Of a stretch of DNA of 64,000 nucleotides, positions 24,761 through 33,760 are shown piece by piece (within the stretch, counting starts at the first letter, position 1; every line of letters begins with the position of its first letter). The stretch is taken from IMG/VR virus record IMGVR_UViG_3300047476_001386, positions 7,344 to 71,343 of that record; one strand, written 5' to 3'. Under the pieces are notes generated by a model that saw nothing but the letters and a program-made list of their open reading frames with translations, did no database searches and had not been told where the DNA came from. The stretch comes from a virus. Both the position numbers and the translations under genes were made by a program.

Positions 24761-24836
24761 GGGTCTAGGGCCATCTGGGAATGGCAAGTGACTTTTAATC
24801 ACTTCGTTTTGGGTTCGAATCCCATTAGACCCACCA
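24761..24836 (+). tRNA. tRNA-Lys(TTT)
   Basis: loop CT-TTT-AA, CCA. Confidence 0.9.
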
Positions 24837-24837
24837 A

Positions 24838-24915
24838 GCTTCGGTAGCTCAACGGAACAAGAGCACTACGCTACGGACGTAGGGGTTGAGGGTTCGAATC
24901 CTTCTCGAAGCGCCA
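24838..24915 (+). tRNA. tRNA-Arg(ACG)
   Basis: cloverleaf, CCA. Confidence 0.9.
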
Positions 24916-24922
24916 CAATTAC

Positions 24923-24993
24923 GCCTAAGTAGCTTAATGGTAAAGCAGCGCATTGTGGATGCGCATATAAAAGTTCGATTCTTTTCTTGGGTA
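24923..24993 (+). tRNA. tRNA-His(GTG): no G-1, G1-U72, A73, no encoded CCA
   Basis: GCGCA-TTGTGGA-TGCGC; acceptor GCCTAAG/CTTGGGT-A. Confidence 0.85.
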
Positions 24994-24994
24994 C

Positions 24995-25080
24995 GGAAGG
25001 TGGGCAGGCTGGTAATGCAGCAGATTGCTAATCTGTACAACCTTAGGGTTGAGTGGGTTCGATTCCCACACCTTCCGCCA
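24995..25080 (+). tRNA. tRNA-Ser(GCT)
   Basis: class II cloverleaf, CCA. Confidence 0.9.
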
Positions 25081-25129
25081 AAATTTTTCTTGACTTTTTA
25101 GTTAAACTGATATATTATATAAAAATATC

Positions 25130-25204
25130 GCGGACATGGTATAGGGGATGTGCCCAAGCCTTCCAAGCTTGAGAGGACCGGTTCGATGCCGGCTGTCCGC
25201 TCCA
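25130..25204 (+). tRNA. tRNA-Gly(TCC)
   Basis: cloverleaf, CCA; TTGACT promoter at 25090. Confidence 0.9.
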
Positions 25205-25210
25205 ATTTAC

Positions 25211-25303
25211 GGGTGTGTTGCAGATATGGTGTGTTCTGCTTGGGACTGTAAATCCCATCCCACTGGGTAAACAATCTAGGTTCGACTCCTAGCACACCCA
25301 CCA
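25211..25303 (+). tRNA. tRNA-Tyr(GTA)
   Basis: class II cloverleaf, CCA. Confidence 0.9.
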
Positions 25304-25308
25304 TATTT

Positions 25309-25384
25309 GCGCTGATAGCTCAATGGTTAGAGCCGACCGCTCATAACGGTCTGGTTGTGGGTTCGAGTCCCTCTCGGCGCACCA
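25309..25384 (+). tRNA. tRNA(CAT), probably Ile2 (lysidine type)
   Basis: GACCG-CTCATAA-CGGTC arm typical of Ile2. Confidence 0.85.
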
Positions 25385-25385
25385 T

Positions 25386-25460
25386 GCTCCCTTAGCTCAA
25401 TGGAGAGAGCAGCAGGTTTCTACCCTGTAGATGAGGGTTCGATTCCTTCAGGGAGTGCCA
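25386..25460 (+). tRNA. tRNA-Arg(TCT)
   Basis: cloverleaf, CCA. Confidence 0.9.
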
Positions 25461-25503
25461 ATTTAATACCGGAAGTGTGTTACTTCCGAAGTTTGGAGAT
25501 ACA

Positions 25504-25800
25504 ATGGCTAATAGTGAGCACACTACAAGGCAATTTGATTTTAGTTCAGGACAAACAGTAGCAATTGGAGCCACAAGCGCCCGCTCTACCGTTATTCCTT
25601 TTGAAGAAGTTTTAGTTACAGCTAGTATTGCTTGCTATATTTCAGTGGGCGGTTCTACAGTAACTGCAGCAAACAATGGTAACTCAATGGCACTCGCTGC
25701 CAATGAAAAGATTTTTCTACGGATTCCTATGAACTCCTATATTGCGGTTCTTCAAGCTTCCGCAGCTGGAACTCTAAGGATTCTTCCGGTACAGCTATAA
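25504..25800 (+). CDS. small beta-rich hypothetical protein
   Basis: GGAGA RBS; Ala/Ser/Thr/Val-rich, virion-protein-like composition. Confidence 0.7.
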   Translation: MANSEHTTRQFDFSSGQTVAIGATSARSTVIPFEEVLVTASIACYISVGGSTVTAANNGNSMALAANEKIFLRIPMNSYIAVLQASAAGTLRILPVQL

Positions 25801-25809
25801 AAATATTCC

Positions 25810-25838
25810 TTGACTTTTCTAGGTCAATCGGTTATAAT
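25810..25838 (+). promoter_or_regulatory. sigma70 promoter driving the large non-coding unit
   Basis: TTGACT-N17-TATAAT. Confidence 0.8.
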
Positions 25839-25844
25839 ACTTAT

Positions 25845-27060
25845 ATTGAGAGTGAGGACTACAAAGCCAACCTCTCAATAATAGATAGGCAAATCTAATA
25901 AATACCTATCTAGAGTAGCTCGCCCGCGAATTGCATAAGCGGACCTTATGGAATGCATCTACCGGCTCTGATGGCCATTATCCGGGGACCTGACCGTAGT
26001 AAACTACTCTACTATTGAAGTAGATGAAAAACAATAGGCTTTCCTATATAAGGTTTAGCGGCGCGCTTGTAAAAGTATTTCTACACATTAACGACCCGTT
26101 TGGCTAATGAACCTACCGGTCTAGTAAGTATGCTCAGATGAGCTCTACCTCAGTCCAGCCCTGGAAACACTGATGGATATCTCTTTATTGTTCGACTCGG
26201 CCGGCTCTTTATATCCGGTATCAGCGAATAGAAAACTACTTGCGGGAAGTTCCTAAGTAATTAGGCTTCTTTGGGTACAGCCGAGAGCTGTATCTTAAAA
26301 AGTCTAATAGCCGCGTGTGGCAAGAGCTGTAGTGATACAGTGACAGAAAGCTAGCGATCCTTATAGCTTTCGACGTTGAAAAACGGTTAATCACGCAGGG
26401 CAACTTCTTAAAAGACTTCCCTAAAAAGGAGTCTGCTTCCTACGATATGCCGAACAAGTGGCACTCGGGCAGAGTGTCATTTCCTACCGCAAATAGGATA
26501 CGGATGCAACTTATCTAAGAAGTGAGAGTTACTGCCCCAGGTACAATAGTCTGAGTCTAGCAAACAAAGGCGTGTACCAGTTGTTAGGATAAACGTGTAA
26601 AAGCGTTCCGGTTCTAATGACCACTTAGTAGGGTGCCAACCGAAAAGTACGTAGGTGTGTGGTATTTTGATCTTCAAAAGAGATCGGAGCTACTGGCAAG
26701 CACATCTGCAGGATCTAGTCTTTACTAAACGCTATATGAAGCAATCAAAAGCAAAAGACTTGCCAGGCATTTGAAGTAAGAAGCCAAACACTCCAGTGAA
26801 AACAATGGAGTCATGTAGTAACCGCAAGTTACTTCATGTTGATTGAAAATGCTGTCCTAGAGGTTTAGCGGCCTCGAACTGCCTTAAGCAGAGGGTAGAC
26901 TATCAGTCGAGTATTCAGATGCTTAGCGCTACAGCCTGCGCTATATAAATTGGGCGGCTTTGACGGGATAGGTGTTACACCTGGATACGCACGAAACCCT
27001 ATAAGGAATACAGTGCTAAGACCCGTTGTACCAAGCAGTAATCTCATGCTTGGCTTAATT
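25845..27060 (+). ncRNA. candidate giant (~1.2 kb) structured ncRNA, possibly GOLLD/ROOL class
   Basis: no plus-strand ORF of 60 aa or more; own promoter and terminator; many hairpins; next to a tRNA array. Confidence 0.7.
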
Positions 27061-27061
27061 C

Positions 27062-27085
27062 TAGCCCCATTTTGGGGCTATTTTT
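27062..27085 (+). terminator. intrinsic terminator
   Basis: TAGCCCCA-TTT-TGGGGCTA-TTTTT. Confidence 0.8.
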
Positions 27086-27097
27086 GTAAGGAAAATC

Positions 27098-27547
27098 ATG
27101 TTAGAATCTGCTAAGAAAGCTATTAAAAATAGCTCAAAAGAAAGTTCCGTTTATATTGGTTGCGACTCTGTTAGATTTAAGAAGGAGGGTCGTTGGTACG
27201 CCCGATACTCTACAGTAGTTGTTCTCCATATTGATTCTAATAGAGGTTGTTCTCTATTCTACGACACTGTAGTTCTTCCGGATTATGGTAACATGAAGCA
27301 GCGACTGTTAATGGAAGTTATGAATACTGTTAATGTGGCGCTAGAATTGCTAGATTCGGTTGGAGATAGGCACCTAGAAATCCATCTTGACCTAAATCAA
27401 AACCCTAAGCATAAATCAAATGTTGCAGTAAAGGAAGCCCTATCATATGTAAAAAGTATGCTACCTTATGTTGAAACTAGGATCAAGCCTTTTGCTTTTG
27501 CTGCGGCACATTGTGCCGACCATCTGGCCCGAGGTAAGAAAATATAG
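27098..27547 (+). CDS. RNase H-like YkuK (DUF458) family protein
   Basis: VYIGCDS...RLLMEV...EIHLDLN...S...KP.AFAA...AD. Confidence 0.8.
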   Translation: MLESAKKAIKNSSKESSVYIGCDSVRFKKEGRWYARYSTVVVLHIDSNRGCSLFYDTVVLPDYGNMKQRLLMEVMNTVNVALELLDSVGDRHLEIHLDLNQNPKHKSNVAVKEALSYVKSMLPYVETRIKPFAFAAAHCADHLARGKKI

Positions 27548-27682
27548 TTCTTGACAACTTGGTTGTTCTATAGTATTATATCTTTTCAATGAGAGGTATT
27601 GATGGGCGACCGTTTTTATCAAGCACAAATCAAAGAACTGGGCACTTGCCCAGGTTACACAGGAAAAGGAAAGAAAAAGAAA

Positions 27683-28042
27683 ATGGCATGGGACGACACT
27701 AAGAAGCAAAAGGCTATCAGCATGTATACGGATGCTGGTCCTACTCCCGAAACGTCTATGGAAATTGTCAAGGACATTGCCGAAGATCTTGACGAAAGCC
27801 CTAATGGTGTTCGTATGATCCTGACTAAGGCAGGTGTTTACGTTACTAAGGGCCCTGCGAAGGCTGGCTCAGCTGCCCCTAAGGGTGACGGTGCTCCTCG
27901 TGTTAGCAAGGAAGCTGCCCACGCTAAGCTTACCGCTGCTATTAATGACATTGGAGCCGATGTTGACTCAGAGATTATCTCTAAGCTGACTGGTAAGGCT
28001 GCTCTGTACATTGCAGATGTTCTTGCTCAAGCTAGTAAGTAA
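27683..28042 (+). CDS. T5 D3-like DNA-binding protein
   Basis: MAWDD..K..AI.MY....PTPETSMEIVK.IAE....SPNGVRMIL.KAGVYV. Confidence 0.8.
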   Translation: MAWDDTKKQKAISMYTDAGPTPETSMEIVKDIAEDLDESPNGVRMILTKAGVYVTKGPAKAGSAAPKGDGAPRVSKEAAHAKLTAAINDIGADVDSEIISKLTGKAALYIADVLAQASK

Positions 28043-28051
28043 TCTTCACCA

Positions 28052-28078
28052 GCCCGCTCAGTTTTTAACTGAGCGGGC
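28052..28078 (+). terminator. hairpin after the D3-like gene
   Basis: GCCCGCTCAG...CTGAGCGGGC. Confidence 0.55.
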
Positions 28079-28144
28079 ATTAGTGTTTTCCGAAGCATGT
28101 AAGGAGCAAAGAGGTTTGCCAACCTACTGATAAGGAGTAACGCT

Positions 28145-28435
28145 TTGAAAAAAGAAGATTTGAGAGCAGCATTGCTAGAGCATGGAGACTGCATTATTGA
28201 TTACCGAAGTGCTGAGTCACAGAAGTTAAAGTATAATGTATGTACCCTAGATTTCTCTACGCCATATGTTGCCACCAAGCAAAATAGAGCCAAAGAATCT
28301 GATGATACAATCCTGGTATTTTGCTGGGATACAGACTCTTTTAGATTATTAAAACCAGCGAACGTAGTAAAAGTAGAACCTCTAGCACACGCACTTCAGC
28401 GTAGTCTAGAGAGGAGTAATAATGTTACTCCATGA
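28145..28435 (+). CDS. conserved T5-like protein (SH3/WYL-like)
   Basis: YNVCTLDF.TPY...FCWDTDSFR; syntenic with the T5-like block; TTG start after TAAGGAG. Confidence 0.75.
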   Translation: MKKEDLRAALLEHGDCIIDYRSAESQKLKYNVCTLDFSTPYVATKQNRAKESDDTILVFCWDTDSFRLLKPANVVKVEPLAHALQRSLERSNNVTP

Positions 28436-28721
28436 AGCACCTACAGCCTATGAACGCATAATCCATTATGATCCTATAAAGGAACATCAGGTCCGACTTA
28501 CTGTCAATACTTTTCGAGGAGTAGAATATCTACATCTTAGAAAGTATTACCAAGATTTTGATGAAACCTGGAAGCCTTCTAGTGAAGGAATCGCTATGCC
28601 AATAGACCTAGAGAACTCTCAGGAGTTATTCGCTGGTCTAGTAGAGATTCTTTCTCTCGCTGAAAGTAGGGATATTATTATAGCCCACTTCGAGGATTTA
28701 ATTAAGCATACTTACCAATAA
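28422..28721 (+). CDS. PC4/p15-like ssDNA-binding protein
   Basis: VRLTVNTFRGVEYLHLRKYY....WKPS..GI. Confidence 0.8.
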   Translation: MLLHEAPTAYERIIHYDPIKEHQVRLTVNTFRGVEYLHLRKYYQDFDETWKPSSEGIAMPIDLENSQELFAGLVEILSLAESRDIIIAHFEDLIKHTYQ

Positions 28722-28758
28722 GACTTGACTTTCTCCGAATTATAAGGTAATATATACT

Positions 28759-29655
28759 ATGATTTTAGAACAGGCAAGTAAAGCATATTATGAAGGCGCT
28801 CCCATCTTAACGGATGAGGAGTTTGACGCTATTTCCGATAATTATGATGTTATTGGATACGCTGTAGAAGGCGAAAAGCATACCCATGCATATCCTATGT
28901 GGTCCCTTCAGAAAGCCTATGATGGTGCCGATCCTCTGGATTGGTACACTGGCGTAACTCATACTACCCCTAAACTCGATGGTGCCGCGGTATCTGTAGA
29001 ATTTGATAATGGTCTTAAGGTTGCCGCTACACGTGGCAATGGCAAGCAAGGTCTTGTTATTACTGATAAGATGCGAACTCTAGTTCCTGATATTAGCAAA
29101 GGAACATTTCAGGTAGTCGGAGAAGTGGTTGCGCCGAAGAGCATAAAAAATTCTCGTAACTACGCCGCGGGTGCTCTAGGACTCAAAGACTTGAATGAGT
29201 TTAAGTCTCGTGAGCTAACCTTTATTGCTTACGGCTGTAATCCAACCGGAGCAAGTTGGTACGAGGCTATGGAGTGGCTTCGCTCGCTCGGATTTAGGAC
29301 GGTTCTTGATCCAGTGGATGAATTTCCCCAGGATGGAACGGTCACCAGAATTGACTCTACGCTCGACTTTGAGACTGCCGGATATACTGCTAAGCATCCC
29401 CGAGGCGCCTATGCCTCCAAGGAGCGTGCTAGTGGTTCTATTACAACACTTCTTGATGTTGAATGGAACGTCGGCCGCTCAGGTGTCGTTTCACCTACGG
29501 CTATCCTAGAGCCCGTTCTTGTTGGTGATGCTCTCGTATCCCGAGCTACTCTACATAACATTGCCTATATCAATGCTCTTGGGCTTGAACTAGGCTGTCA
29601 GGTAGAGGTCATTCGATCCGGAGAAATTATCCCTAGAATTGTGAGGCGTGTGTGA
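28759..29655 (+). CDS. NAD-dependent DNA ligase subunit A (adenylation + OB domains)
   Basis: KLDG motif I, TRGNG..G, RNYAAG, RATLHN, RSGEIIP. Confidence 0.9.
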   Translation: MILEQASKAYYEGAPILTDEEFDAISDNYDVIGYAVEGEKHTHAYPMWSLQKAYDGADPLDWYTGVTHTTPKLDGAAVSVEFDNGLKVAATRGNGKQGLVITDKMRTLVPDISKGTFQVVGEVVAPKSIKNSRNYAAGALGLKDLNEFKSRELTFIAYGCNPTGASWYEAMEWLRSLGFRTVLDPVDEFPQDGTVTRIDSTLDFETAGYTAKHPRGAYASKERASGSITTLLDVEWNVGRSGVVSPTAILEPVLVGDALVSRATLHNIAYINALGLELGCQVEVIRSGEIIPRIVRRV

Positions 29656-30017
29656 GTGGTGTCTATAATGAAACCTTCTTTTCTACTAGGCCTGAGATTG
29701 CTTCTTCTCCGGGTATCCTCTATTGTATCATTTTGGTTAATAAAAATTCCCTAGAGCGGGAAGTTTTAAAGATCGGAATTGCTAAGGGTAAAACCTGGAA
29801 GGATGCCGTACGGAGAGGCTTTGGATTTAAAGGATACGACCTTCGTATTCAGAAAATCTATTCTGCAACTCTTTACGAAGTCTGGAAGCTAGAGCAAGAA
29901 TTGCACGCTAAATGGAAGCATAAACAAAAATCACCTTCCATCAAATTTGGAGGACACACTGAGTGCTTCGAAATTTGTCCCGAAATTATTGCTAGCGTGC
30001 CTAAAAATAATTCTTGA
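29652..30017 (+). CDS. GIY-YIG / T5orf172-like putative endonuclease
   Basis: GILY...LKIGI...R...EQELH...G.TECF. Confidence 0.7.
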   Translation: MSGVYNETFFSTRPEIASSPGILYCIILVNKNSLEREVLKIGIAKGKTWKDAVRRGFGFKGYDLRIQKIYSATLYEVWKLEQELHAKWKHKQKSPSIKFGGHTECFEICPEIIASVPKNNS

Positions 30018-30042
30018 CTTTCTCGGTTATATGGACTATAAT
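30014..30042 (+). promoter_or_regulatory. sigma70 promoter upstream of ligase B
   Basis: TTGACT-N17-TATAAT. Confidence 0.75.
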
Positions 30043-30065
30043 CACTATATTGAATTGAGAGGCAT

Positions 30066-30773
30066 ATGGAACCCCCGAAGCACTGTCCATCATGTAATGG
30101 ACCTCTAACCCTAGTAAAAGATCAACTGTACTGCACTAACACAGAATGTGGAGATCGGCAGTACAAGAAGGTAGAGCACTTTTCTTCTACCCTCAAGATC
30201 AAGGGTCTCGGACCCGCTGCTATCCGTAAGCTAGATATTCGTAACTTTTACGATATTTATACTGTGGATACTAGCCCTCTCGGCATAAAGCTGGCAGACA
30301 AGCTTAACGAAGAAATCGAAAAATCAAAGTCTGCTCCCTTAAATCTAGTTTTGCCCGCTCTAGGTATTCCCCTTGTTGGTAGTTCCGCCGCGGATAAACT
30401 CTCTGCTCTCGTGAATACTTTGCAAGAAGTTACTCCCGAGATTTGCCGAGAGGCTGGACTAGGTGAAAAAGCTACGAATAATCTGACGGAATTTCTACAA
30501 AAATTCAATTACGATCTTCCGTTCAATTATACGTTTGCTAAGAAGTCCGCTACTAACGGAGTTGTGTGTATTTCCGGTAAACTTATTAGCTTCAAAAACA
30601 AAGACGAGGCTAAGAAAGTACTAGAGGCTAAGGGATACATTGTAAAGCCCAGTGTCACCAAAGAAGTGACTATTCTAGTAAATGAGAGCGGAATTGAGTC
30701 CGCCAAAACTTTGAAGGCCAGAGAGTCTGGTGTTCGTATTATTAACAATCTAACAGAACTATTAGGAGACTAA
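30066..30773 (+). CDS. NAD-dependent DNA ligase subunit B (Zn finger, HhH, BRCT)
   Basis: CPSC..C..C, IKGLG, LGIPLVG, BRCT SVTK...KA. Confidence 0.9.
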   Translation: MEPPKHCPSCNGPLTLVKDQLYCTNTECGDRQYKKVEHFSSTLKIKGLGPAAIRKLDIRNFYDIYTVDTSPLGIKLADKLNEEIEKSKSAPLNLVLPALGIPLVGSSAADKLSALVNTLQEVTPEICREAGLGEKATNNLTEFLQKFNYDLPFNYTFAKKSATNGVVCISGKLISFKNKDEAKKVLEAKGYIVKPSVTKEVTILVNESGIESAKTLKARESGVRIINNLTELLGD

Positions 30774-30774
30774 A

Positions 30775-31509
30775 TTGACTTTACCCAAGTGGAATGATGA
30801 ACGTACCAACGAACTGCTTAACGCCATTGGTGGCGAGACGCCAGTTTCCGTTGAAACCGTAGCGAGTGTTGCGGAATCTCTCGGAACTAGCCCTCGTTCG
30901 GTAGCTAGCAAGCTTCGTAAGATGGGTTACGACGTTCAATCTGCAGCGGCTGCCGCTGCTGTTAAGGCTTACAGTGACGAGCAAGAGGCCGCTCTGGCTG
31001 CTCTTGTTACCAACAACTCTGGTGTTTTCACCTATGGTGAAATTGCTGAGCAGTTCGAAGGTGGATCGTTCACGCCTAAGTCTATTCAAGGTAAGATCCT
31101 TTCGATGGAACTTACCGAGCACGTTCGCCCAACCCCTAAGGTTGAGGCCGTTCGTACTTATACTGCCGATGAAGAAGCTACCTTCATCAGCCTTGCTTCT
31201 CGTGGAGCTTCTATCGAAGCTATCTCTGAGGCTCTTGGCAAGGCCATCAACAGCGTTCGTGGTAAGGCTCTGAGCCTTCTGCGTGCTGGCCAAATCGAAG
31301 CCATCCCTCATCAGGCTAACAAGGCGGCTGCTAAGGTCGATGCCCTTGACGAGCTTGGTGACGTTAGCGACATGACTGTCCAAGATATTGCTGATAAGCT
31401 TGGAAAGACTGCCCGCGGCGTTAAGACTATGCTTACTCGCCGTCGGATTAAGGTTGCCGACTACGATGGTGCTACTAAGGCGGAAAAGGCAGCAGCAGCC
31501 GCTGCTTAA
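30775..31509 (+). CDS. T5 D5-like DNA-binding protein
   Basis: repeated HTH units (RSVASKLRKMG, SIQGKILS, SVRGKALS, RGVKTMLTRR). Confidence 0.85.
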   Translation: MTLPKWNDERTNELLNAIGGETPVSVETVASVAESLGTSPRSVASKLRKMGYDVQSAAAAAAVKAYSDEQEAALAALVTNNSGVFTYGEIAEQFEGGSFTPKSIQGKILSMELTEHVRPTPKVEAVRTYTADEEATFISLASRGASIEAISEALGKAINSVRGKALSLLRAGQIEAIPHQANKAAAKVDALDELGDVSDMTVQDIADKLGKTARGVKTMLTRRRIKVADYDGATKAEKAAAAAA

Positions 31510-31585
31510 CTAGCTTTTCCTTCGAAAAAAGCTATTGGCGGGAGCGTGGAGATCATGCTCCCGCCTTTATATTGGGGAAAAGCAT

Positions 31586-32926
31586 TTGAATATAGCTAGT
31601 GCGCTACTAAAGAAAGTACTGGAGGCAAGTGACCTAGATACATGGTCTAATCTTAGAAAGCATTATCTTCCCTCTGAGTACCATACTCTATTTGGAGTAA
31701 TTACTAAACATTGCGAATCCCATCATACGCTTCCCTCATTTGAGGAGCTAAAATTAGGGGTACGCGATGCCCAAACGCGTGCCAAATTGTTTGCAGTTGA
31801 AGCTGTTGAAGTTGACGCTGATCCTTCGCTCCTGCTAGAATTCCTAAAAAATGAATATGCCCAACGTGAGATACTGTCAAAGCTAGAGAATTACATTGAT
31901 AATTCAATTGCTTTTGAAACGGCAGAAGAAAGTCTTACGCACTTACACCAGATCGTCCTAGATGTAGAAGAACAAGTAGAGATCAAGGATCCTGCTGAGT
32001 CTATGGAACGCATCACACTCTTTGAGTCTGATGAAGAACTCTCTAGGTATATTGCTCTGGGGTTAAATACAGAGTATGACCACGAGATAAAGTTCTCTCC
32101 CAGAGACTTCGTTCTTATTGGTGGTAAGCGAGGAGCAGGTAAGTCAGTTACTTGTGCCAACTTAGCTGTTAATATCAAAAACAGTGGTAAAGCTAGTGCT
32201 TATTTTACTATCGAAATGGATAGTAGAAACATTCTACAACGGTGTGGCTCTATTGATACAGGTATTCCTTTTGGAAGACTTCGTAATAAAGAGCTTTCTG
32301 TTACAGAGTGGGAAATTGTGGCAAAATGGTGGGCAGATCGTCGAGAACACGGCGGTTTCCACTACGAACAATATCTAGAGCACAGAGACTTTTCTAAGTT
32401 ACATCGAGGGCTCATTCAGGAAAAACTAGCAAAGAACCAGATTGAGATTATTTATGATCCTGTGCTTACTTTGGGCAAAATCCAAAGTGAAGTGGATAAG
32501 CTATATAGAACCCAAGACCTGGGTATTATCATAGTGGACTATCTAAATCAGGTTAAGCGAGGCACTGGTAGGGGTGGTCAATATGACTGGACTGAGCAGA
32601 TTGAAATTGCCAAGGCGCTAAAAGCTATGGCACAGGAATATAACGTTCCTGTAATCAGTCCATATCAGATTGATGCTACTGGAGAGGCTAGATTTGCTAA
32701 GGGTATTCTAGACTCTGCTGATGCTGCTTACACGATGAACACTTGGTCCCATGGGGACGCTTGTATTACATTTGATTGCGTAAAAATGCGAAATAATGAG
32801 CAAAAGTCCTTTACATCTGAAGTAGACTGGTCTAGCCTTAGAATTGGACCGGCTAGCGCTCTTACTCCGAAAGAGAAAGAGGCTATGAAAAAGGCTTCTT
32901 CAGAAGAACCAAACGAGGTGTTCTAA
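31586..32926 (+). CDS. replicative DnaB-like helicase (T5 D6-like)
   Basis: GKRGAGKS Walker A, FTIEM, IIVDY. Confidence 0.9.
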   Translation: MNIASALLKKVLEASDLDTWSNLRKHYLPSEYHTLFGVITKHCESHHTLPSFEELKLGVRDAQTRAKLFAVEAVEVDADPSLLLEFLKNEYAQREILSKLENYIDNSIAFETAEESLTHLHQIVLDVEEQVEIKDPAESMERITLFESDEELSRYIALGLNTEYDHEIKFSPRDFVLIGGKRGAGKSVTCANLAVNIKNSGKASAYFTIEMDSRNILQRCGSIDTGIPFGRLRNKELSVTEWEIVAKWWADRREHGGFHYEQYLEHRDFSKLHRGLIQEKLAKNQIEIIYDPVLTLGKIQSEVDKLYRTQDLGIIIVDYLNQVKRGTGRGGQYDWTEQIEIAKALKAMAQEYNVPVISPYQIDATGEARFAKGILDSADAAYTMNTWSHGDACITFDCVKMRNNEQKSFTSEVDWSSLRIGPASALTPKEKEAMKKASSEEPNEVF

Positions 32927-33760
32927 ATGAAAGTGGATGAGCTACTAAACAAGAAGGGAATATATTTCATGCCTAAAGGGCAGGATTATATTCTTTCTTG
33001 TTTAAATCCAGATCATGATGACAGTAATCCTAGTATGCGAGTAGATCGTATTACTGGAATCTACCATTGTTTCTCATGTGGATTTAAGGGTAATATCTTT
33101 ACTTATTTTAATGTAAAATCAAACCCCTTTCAAATCAGACGTGAGCTTCTTAAAAAGAAAATTCAGCATAAACTAGCTGAAAGTATTGGAATTCTTATTC
33201 CATCAGATGCAGTTCCCTATGAAGGTGACTGGAGAGGAATAAGTGCCGAAACTTATAAGAAGTTCGAGGCATTTCAAAGCACTCTTAGTGATTTTTCTAG
33301 TAGGATTGTTTTTCCTATTAAAGACGTAAGTAATAGAACAGTAGCACTAATTGGTAGACATACTAACTTAGTGCATACTCCTAAGTACTTAATCTACCCT
33401 AGGGAGGCTAAGATGCCTCTATATCCAGTAGTAGAGCCAATTCAAGGAAGGATTATTCTAGTCGAAGGCATCTTCGATATGCTTAATCTTCATGATAAAG
33501 GGCTAACCAATACGGTCTGCACTTTTGGGACTAGGACTATTACGGAAGAAAAGCTAGAACTTCTAAAGATACAAGGAGTCGAAGGAATTGATATTTTCTT
33601 TGACGCAGATGAAGCGGGTCAAACCGCTACAAACAAAGTAAAAGAGCTTTGTGATCGCCTAAACTTAGATTATCGAAATATTGAAATAAAGCAAAATGAC
33701 CCTGGGTCTCTAAGCGAGGCGTCAGTGCTAAACTTAAAAAGGAAATTATATGGTAGCTAA
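32927..33760 (+). CDS. DNA primase
   Basis: CLNPDH...CFSCG zinc domain; TOPRIM EG.FD and FDADEAG. Confidence 0.9.
   Translation: MKVDELLNKKGIYFMPKGQDYILSCLNPDHDDSNPSMRVDRITGIYHCFSCGFKGNIFTYFNVKSNPFQIRRELLKKKIQHKLAESIGILIPSDAVPYEGDWRGISAETYKKFEAFQSTLSDFSSRIVFPIKDVSNRTVALIGRHTNLVHTPKYLIYPREAKMPLYPVVEPIQGRIILVEGIFDMLNLHDKGLTNTVCTFGTRTITEEKLELLKIQGVEGIDIFFDADEAGQTATNKVKELCDRLNLDYRNIEIKQNDPGSLSEASVLNLKRKLYGS

Noticed and set aside
22057-25574. Short ORFs such as MAEAVGFEPT and MVGVLGVEPR
   Set aside because: These are translations of tRNA genes
30781-31383. 200-aa minus-strand ORF
   Set aside because: Antisense to the strongly codon-biased D5-like gene; no RBS or motifs
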